From contig JBPOHV010000001.1 in the NCBI GenBank assembly GCA_052035175.1, positions 703,771 through 767,770 of the forward strand: 64,000 nucleotides of DNA, in the 5' to 3' direction. The position numbers and the translations under genes are program-made. Positions 61,901-64,000 of this stretch are shown here, piece after piece. Position 1 is the stretch's first letter. Each line of letters opens with the position of its first letter. Source of the stretch: a candidate division WWE3 bacterium (GTDB taxonomy: Bacteria > Patescibacteriota > WWE3 > UBA101185 > UBA10185). Under the pieces are notes generated by a model, which worked only from the letters and a program-made list of their open reading frames with translations, searched no databases and had not been told where the DNA came from.

Positions 61901-64000
61901 ACATATCAACTACGGGTGACTTAACAGGAATAGGCGCAATAACTGCAAATGGTACTTATACAACATCAACCGGAACATCAACAGCAATAGATTTAACAAG
62001 ATCATCTGCTGGACAATGGATGGGATTCAATGATGGTACTGATGTATGGGGTCTATACAATACAGCAGGATCTCCCGAAGGTGTACTTGCTGCAAACACC
62101 GGAGCCTTGGCAATGGATACCACAAACGGCACACTTTATGTGAAAACTGATGACACAGATAATACAAGCTGGGTCAATTTAGCTACAGGATTATCAAGCC
62201 CATGGACTGATGGTACAGGTATATCCTACCTTACAGATACAGCCGAAGATGTGGTTGTTGGCAGTGATGATGCTGATCTGGTAGCTCCTCTTTCTTTTGA
62301 TACATCTGCAAACTTACTCAGACTGGGAGATGGCGTTAGTGATACCAACGATCCAAGCATAGCTTTTTATGCTTCAGATGCCACAAATAGCGGTACATTG
62401 TCATTTACAGACAGTGATGCTTTCTTATTTACCGGCGCCGACATCAATTTGGCAGCAGGAGAGGTTTATCAAATTGGCGGAACTCAAGTTATAAACTTAA
62501 GCAGCACTGCTACTGGTTCAATATTCTTTGGAAATGGTGGTACAAGTGTAGGCGCAAATGATGATTACAATACCGGCGTTGGCATAGGAACATTGTCAGG
62601 ATTAAATAACTCTACTGGCTTAAGAAATACAGGACTTGGTTACAACGCACTTAATATAACCACATTTGGTGATGATAATGTTGCAATCGGATATGCAGTT
62701 TTAGACCATAACACCTATGGATCAGCAAATATAGGTATAGGTTATAACGCACTTACAACTAATACAGACGGAAACGACAATGTAGCCATAGGCTATGCTG
62801 CTTTAGATGCCCTAGGAGCAGGACAATCAGGTAACATCGCAATAGGTAGAGATGCTTTGGGTACTACATCGTTAATAAGTGGATGGAATGTGGCAATTGG
62901 ATACGGCGCATTGGATTCTCATACAAATGGTATTAGCGCGAGTGGTTACAACACTGCAGTAGGTACTGGTGCTGGTGATAAAGTCACTGGCGGCGTTGAT
63001 AACACCTTAATTGGAAGCTATGCAGGCGCAGGCGTTACAACCGGCGGCCAAAACGTCTTTATTGGTCGTACTGCTGGAGGATACTCAGCCTCAGGTGAGA
63101 TCACTGGAAGTGCCAATATTGGAATCGGCTATGAGGTAGGTCGAACAGGATTTGCATTTAGCGGATCTAACAACCTGATGATTGGAAACAGTACCGGTGG
63201 AACAATTACTTCTGGATTTGACAATATATTACTAGGGTATGGTCCAGGAGGTAACATAACAACAGGTGCTTGGAATATTATTCTGGGATCAGGCGCAGGC
63301 GGCGCAATTACTTCGGCAAGTGATGGCAATATCATAATTGGACGTGATGCGGGCGATAGTTTAACATCTGATGATGATTTCAGTGTCATGATCGGTTATC
63401 AAGCAGGTGGACAAGAAACAACAGGTGGAAAACTTTATATAGAAAATACTAATTCCACTACCCCACTCATCTATGGTGACTTTACAACAGATGAATTAGT
63501 GTTCAACGGCTTACCAGCAGGAACCGTAACAGCATCTGAGACTGTAACTATAGCACCAGTCTTTGGTGTCAACGCTGCGGACCAAGTTCTTATGGGTCTT
63601 AATATTGCAGCTAATACAAACTCCAACACTGATAGCGGCGATACACTACGCGGTTTAAATATAGCTAACATCACTGGTACCGCAGCATCAGAAACTGCAT
63701 TTACGATCGGTACTGGATGGGATACAGATTTAGTATTTAGCGACACATCAGCAGTATTATCTTTTGGTAACACTGGAACTCTTACCTTTAATGATGGTAC
63801 TAATGCACTAATGAGCTTAACAGATGATGGTGCAACGGCGACACTTGCTGTAACCGGCGATCTAGATATTTCTTCGGCAGGTAGCAGCGCAGTAAACCTA
63901 ACCAGAACATCTGCAGGACAGTGGATGAACTTCAGTGACGGCACTGACATTTGGGGTCTTTATAACACCGCCGGGTCACCAGAAGGTGTACTTGCTGCTA
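46981..64000 (+). CDS. Giant (>5,670 aa, 3'-truncated) surface protein: MerR-type HTH, TM helix, repetitive D/T/G-rich fibre/adhesin-like modules
   Basis: Own translation, frame +1: MPISAQDK...LTVSEAASLLKVSPTTLRRFENEHKISSTRLPNGYRVF, TM YLLSNAIVLVMGVYAILTFSI, LFWDDTNNRLGIG, NGNVGIG. Frame open at all spot checks to 64000; no closed ORF in this frame in the track. Confidence 0.92.
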   Translation, partial: MPISAQDKTSKYDFTNSLHLTVSEAASLLKVSPTTLRRFENEHKISSTRLPNGYRVFDIKDINNLKNSLETQKLSKEKNKGKKVLKTINRNIDALNKYTVQTQTQKKPINKSIRNKYLLSNAIVLVMGVYAILTFSINKNIPTTGLTSLVISTSNKALSTTNDNLITNKITDTQVSNVLALGDQRPDYSFNTSVNANFEKLLNVTGISNLNGGITTPTITFTETGTINQLDAIDDTTETTLENALDINGDVVGTGLNNTQIADSVIEGTNLVEDFEYTGNFNFAGTWLIDGSEVTATAEQINLFADISATSDEINYLSGATVDNGGLVFGNGSSFAQDPINLFWDDTNNRLGIGNTTPAYTLDVTGDIRVSSASDIYVGAKGLNDTGATAADSGATLVGVFDEFNNSNSTTVQAVLNDLDAAVSAGGSEWTQDTGFIYLTNTSDEVVIGGNASLSSKFAINGDADETQLLVQGHSTQTNNLAVFENSLGTDVFTINNSGNVTLSGTLTLNSETISDFTGDGLSLSGGALTIDLTSPTDALSSTTSSGSGLEVITTGLTLLQGCNNGEILKWNETNDSWECGTDTGASFAIVDVQNNDVSVGSNVDTIDFSTDFSVTASPSNEANVAIADDVLNFTEIADALSLDAATTITNALAGNLTIDLTSTGDFVIADGGSAVYTFTDAGGLTQAGTGQNTFTGNIDATLGIDVTNANLTVGGSNFSVDFSNGNTTTAGTLAVNGDSITSDGTTLAINAAGNVDIQDILNVDSLTTDTGGITITSGQDLTIGAIGLNDLGTNNATSGASLVGTYDEFNNSNSTTVQDVLDDLDAAIGAGASKWTQDTGFAYLTNTTDSITIGGNTELGKLAVDGNADEVQLLIQGNGTQTNNLAVFENSAGVDQFTVTNTGDLTIAGDLAISGGNITTAVTFDSTATSTGTLTANGTFDANGVVTLGDGSDNIAIDGNIWDITSAGVGTGFTSFTIDNVIVDGTTIGHTSDTDLLSLANGALTVNGTGTFTGVLATNATTLGLDADADTDNYFTVGASGTAGDASNDLFWGQDLLCDVSATNCGWATAASAFSSWTIADNDGSSYAIVDSNTIRFTTSDGNVITNLTNGDDADENLDLTVRLLGDIVAGAGLTGGADNILVGADADTTITIGAGNGITVNADDVAVNQDYDFTFTGNNTFTPAGTDDLTINLDDDSLLSINQTFSGTTTANGLTQTITNSSTSGTQNAFYLDNAASTGVTDSLFVIDNSDTDTAVTNAIQFVDAGGGFTNLFNVAGTLISPAEFTILDGGINLASSSEVTGILPLANGGTGANLVDPNADRIFFWDDTAGASTWLAADGTSIEIAGTTLQHVDTSTQASVNNSTTTVIQDITLDTYGHLTGITSVDLASSFDNYGQWYYALDFTSPLPITSGQTLTYMSGNDIDITNSGTRQITVALESTLDIVSTINLAGTGTLNGLDAVDATTENTIEGLIFDNDAENITGVWEVQDDTNFVFGNDANVRFAYNEIYDLFEISTPSIAAQNTDYALYTLSTDNTNAGMTADQEVFEIGKGGSFNADMNYVELLALDEDGDLSVTGTGTFNGVLATNATTLGLDADADTDNYFTIGATGTAGDASNDLFFGQDLLCDVSATNCGWATAASSFTSFTLAGDAGGGQTISSTDTLSVLGGTNGIDTIDSATDTVTLNLDTTEIGTTTFGSGSAFAWTFNAGTTDPVIGFGDDQLDLGSATTGLRLTTDGILSDIDDANVSINDGLQFVGAQTISTSSGNLTIDTAGTFIISDAVDLNNTLDLDISSASAFTVGDGSINTFSIDTANDLIASTGNYVATFTSLVTNTLANGAGSSSTSLTVDDSTGFDVGNYVRIDSASNCDSGITTCYSKIRQIVGNVITLRNALTWTDNSTITEYHIPEIGGTNTAEALTDRFGRGYFISGTVAGNASTYYDDRRIYTTDTTSSNSPSFTISTGTTTTSGNSGDITIDTGVAAGTEGQIYLGNTNASAITIGHAGVTTTIGGSIIINSQEFANLTGQGLALDGSNVLNFDCSEVEGTDIDCSGENITLESTIDSISTLNLAGTGTLNGLDAVDATSENTIEALIFDNDAETITGVWEVQDDVNFAFGTAANINFVYNQTDDLFNINATSTASQNTDYGLYTLSTDNANAGMTADQEVFEIGKGGNDDSDTNYIELLALDEDGDLSVTGTGTFTGSLATNATAIGLNNDADTDNVLSFGAGSAGAASGNLYWGNVLVCDASQANCGWVTSSGSGASKWTDGGDHIYPTGGEFLGDDTSNGANKLAGAYFLDGAPLVLGTTNDIQFAYDETTDDQLEISDGTNDFLTIKDNGTTATFTFDNIVQIGSDGQDGQFVLYNELGATDYTNTFALSGTQSQDITYTLPANDGGASQVLSTNGSGVLTWIDVSGGAGGYTGWAIADDDNDTYTISSGDQIKLYSSSNVITTNLINGDDTLDEIDLDIADDSLNFTEFADSLSVDATTDINLGTSNLTVDLDSTGIFDIRDGATTYWSFDDDSTVDVTFPAAGSLTIDSATTDSTLTTGIFDLNVDTITTGNIGFNIDHIIRDSAGITAYGQRINTTIDTDAAESSTGYGLYISGTNNDASSTLTGLYVDAGTGAGTEYAAAFMNGNVGIGIATPESKLHINNADTAANGLRLSYSEASYDDQYSLDLYSAGGSGAFIDAATTTNGLTIRTSSNATRTNLAARMVILGGANAGNVGLSTTAPDARLEINHATGDNLRLTYNDADGTASNYTDFSLASDGDLTIDSAGGAINLASGDDLNITASTDLIFGTTTSLGESTGATDSGAYLVGVFDEFNSSNGTNVQDVLDDLDAAVGAGASKWTQDTGFIYLTGSTDSVTIGGTTELGKLAVDGDADQIQLLIQGNATQTSNLAVFENSAGADQLVVTNTGDLTIAGDATITGNLLTFGNGETIDNNADGTIALNPTVLTLTGTTTLNGTSLTAINGGATAIDFTEFDVAAATGSVTINDGGDLGSLTVEGTVLDINSLDFVGTGAINTTDWDISSTGDLTGIGGITADGAISFTPSSTNDITFGVDTDSLFTLDSSVANADNFTFSPNNAGTGATFTGTLTSANLTADRTWTLKDADGTIAFLTDIPTSDNYQYWTLDGDDADTEQIGSTNTLLVAGGTNGIDTDVSATDTITLNLDTTEIGTTTFGSGSGITWTFDASAGTDTAVAFGDNLQTLTTATLTLSGTTTLNGTSLTAINGGATAIDFTEFDVAAATGSVTINDGGDLGSLTVEGTALDINSLDFAGVGSITTGGSTDLTLNPSGGNVIVTDGDVLDVYGTTIGLNNDADTDNVFGLSASAGSAGSDIYWGDDLLCDVSEANCGWTTAASSFTGFSISDGSTTEGIASADTITFADSSTINAAVSATDTVTMNVIANSLDFAHLEDTLDLDATTEINLGANNLVIDLDSTGDFVINDGGITFATFMDNGRLGLGTSQDLQLYHDGSDGYISGSTGGIIVNSSAGNVILGSNSGSWVGVGDVSPDAQFDVDYISTNTTAGTELGSYFTMADTGIVTTGSDITIGIENDVTRTGATGGALVTYGIQNNITADNAGSGSSTAYAYYASFGGLADFSYAFFADDGDIELQEDGTGVVGAGGNLLLGASEDFKLYHNGSDSFMLGTENDLYIGADSGTANSQIKFGNEGASTVYGYFITGSSNTGDFVVDTNTLYLDASADSLGIGTTAPDARLEINHATGDNLRLTYNDADGSATSYTDFSLASDGDLTIDSAGNNIAFGAADIITALANINADGGLDIDDAFVIADGGVLTTSQTANFDGAADFDGNVLISDTDIAFDGASTTFTTTGAFTLTPGGAVLLGDGGDTLQINTSDWDISTTGDLTGIGGITADGAISFTPSSTNDITFNVDTDSLFTLDSSVTNGDNLVFSPNNAGTGSTFTGTLTSANLTADRTWTLQDGDGTIAFLTDIPTSDNYQYWTLDGDDADTEQIGSTNTLLVAGGTNGIDTDVSATDTITLNLDTTEIGTTTFGSGSSIAWTFNAGTTDPVLTFGDNSLTIGSAATVTATDVTTFNCTDCLNFDDLSDALTLDAATTITNSTAGDLSFDLTSTGVLNIKDSTVTYWSFDDDSTVDVTFPAAGQLAIDAATTDSTLTTGIFDLNVDTVTSGNIGLNIDHIIRDSTGITAYGQRINTTIDTDAAESSTGYGLYINGTNNDASSTLTGLYVDAGTGAGTEYAAAFMNGNVGIGTTTPATKLSIDSNSNTQNLRLYGATEASQIADIYIGTQGNLVLSTIAGSDSAGYLDLQSESNNYGLILRESDGTGGSAFANFFVVDHATDPDYLSIVLNTTTNTNALNVTVGNNVGIGTANPAGPLEVDTSTTSGVAVTIDQDDVDQTALDFDINNTAADILNIDWGGATSQTAALTGIDLDFTNLTSVAGSTTYGLHINDLSAQTTSTEYAIYQEGTNWDYGLYIEDAALFNTSLVVNGTTIGLDYDASANNVVSLGTGPGQASGDLYWGDDLVCDVSEANCGWATAASLFTGFSISDGSTTEGIASADTITFADSSTINAAVSATDTVTMNVIANSLDFAHLEDTLDLDATTEINFGASSLSYDLNSTGTFDILDNNQKFWSFDDDSTVDVTFPAAGELNIDSATTDSTVTTGVLDLNVDTVTTGNIGLNIDHIIRDSAGITAYGQRINTTIDTDAAQSSTGYGLYISGTNNDATSTLTGLYVDAGTGAGTEYAAAFMNGNVGIGTATPLSTARLDVMGGDFRVQAAEGTNRLLLTGTGDTSGAELYIYNSTGALTSRVSGDGGGITYFNNGLGVGIGTTAPDAKLEINHATGDNLRLTYNDADGSATSYTDFSLASDGDLTIDSAGNNIAFGAADIITAFANINADGGLDIDDAFVIADGGVLTTSQTANFDGAADFDGNVLISDTDIAFDGASTTFTTTGAFTLTPGGAVLLGDGGDTLQINTSDWDISTTGDLTGIGAITANGTYTTSTGTSTAIDLTRSSAGQWMGFNDGTDVWGLYNTAGSPEGVLAANTGALAMDTTNGTLYVKTDDTDNTSWVNLATGLSSPWTDGTGISYLTDTAEDVVVGSDDADLVAPLSFDTSANLLRLGDGVSDTNDPSIAFYASDATNSGTLSFTDSDAFLFTGADINLAAGEVYQIGGTQVINLSSTATGSIFFGNGGTSVGANDDYNTGVGIGTLSGLNNSTGLRNTGLGYNALNITTFGDDNVAIGYAVLDHNTYGSANIGIGYNALTTNTDGNDNVAIGYAALDALGAGQSGNIAIGRDALGTTSLISGWNVAIGYGALDSHTNGISASGYNTAVGTGAGDKVTGGVDNTLIGSYAGAGVTTGGQNVFIGRTAGGYSASGEITGSANIGIGYEVGRTGFAFSGSNNLMIGNSTGGTITSGFDNILLGYGPGGNITTGAWNIILGSGAGGAITSASDGNIIIGRDAGDSLTSDDDFSVMIGYQAGGQETTGGKLYIENTNSTTPLIYGDFTTDELVFNGLPAGTVTASETVTIAPVFGVNAADQVLMGLNIAANTNSNTDSGDTLRGLNIANITGTAASETAFTIGTGWDTDLVFSDTSAVLSFGNTGTLTFNDGTNALMSLTDDGATATLAVTGDLDISSAGSSAVNLTRTSAGQWMNFSDGTDIWGLYNTAGSPEGVLAA
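48157..55770 (+). repeat. Module A x3 (~48157-48480, ~49375-49710, ~55432-55770)
   Basis: SGA.LVG..DEFN.SN.T.VQ.VL.DLDAA....S.WTQDTGF.YLT...QT.NLAVFENS. Confidence 0.85.
50038..60567 (+). repeat. Module B x5 with CDxSxxNCGW (Cys pairs near 50155, 51868, 53728, 57046, 60535)
   Basis: L[FY][WF]G..L[LV]CD[VA]S..NCGW read at five positions. Confidence 0.85.
54541..61230 (+). repeat. Module D x3 (~54541-54918, ~59332-59709, ~60853-61230)
   Basis: WSFDDDSTVDVTFPAAG...GTEYAAAFMNGNVGIG; near-identical protein sequence. Confidence 0.9.
62560..63480 (+). repeat. ~14-residue N(V/T/I)AIG..A repeats (YadA-head/phage-fibre-like beta roll)
   Basis: NTGVGIGTL, NTGLGYNAL, NVAIGYAVL, NIGIGYNAL, NVAIGYAAL, NIAIGRDAL and others. 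Confidence 0.8.

Noticed and set aside
48399-63950. Numerous short minus-strand ORFs (Val/Ser/Pro-rich) in the ORF track
   Set aside because: They are antisense shadows of the giant plus-strand ORF and repeat along with its modules
46981-64000. Prophage tail-fibre gene
   Set aside because: Fibre-like motifs are present, but there are no phage structural, packaging or integrase genes, and the protein has an HTH plus TM anchor

Overview
An AT-rich bacterial chromosome segment that looks like a Patescibacteria/CPR genome, probably Microgenomates/WWE3-like. That placement is inferred from the short EF-Ts, the tsf-frr adjacency without pyrH, the pervasive leaderless genes and the absence of biosynthetic genes. 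Positions 1-40.9 kb hold mostly housekeeping genes (hisS, rpmE, prfA, rpsF-ssb-rpsR, ychF, cysS, recR, dnaX, pth, ybeY, rpsU, rseP, frr, tsf, rpsB, topA, mreBCD-mrdA, def-fmt, rpmB, four tRNAs, secE-nusG-rplK-rplA). Mixed in are GC-richer orphan cassettes and a RAYT-like HUH transposase with a family of 11-5-11 palindromic ends and two ~210-bp MITE-like derivatives. The main candidate novel system is at 40.9-64 kb. A seven-gene F1-like ATPase operon has no subunit a, and its only c-like gene lacks the ion-binding carboxylate and is fused to an extracellular fibre-terminal-type domain. It is transcribed divergently from a giant ORF (46981 to beyond 64000, >5,670 aa) that the ORF track missed because it has no stop in the window. 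That ORF encodes an N-terminal MerR-type HTH, one TM helix and a mosaic of shuffled fibre/adhesin-like modules. All assignments come from reading motifs; no searches were run.
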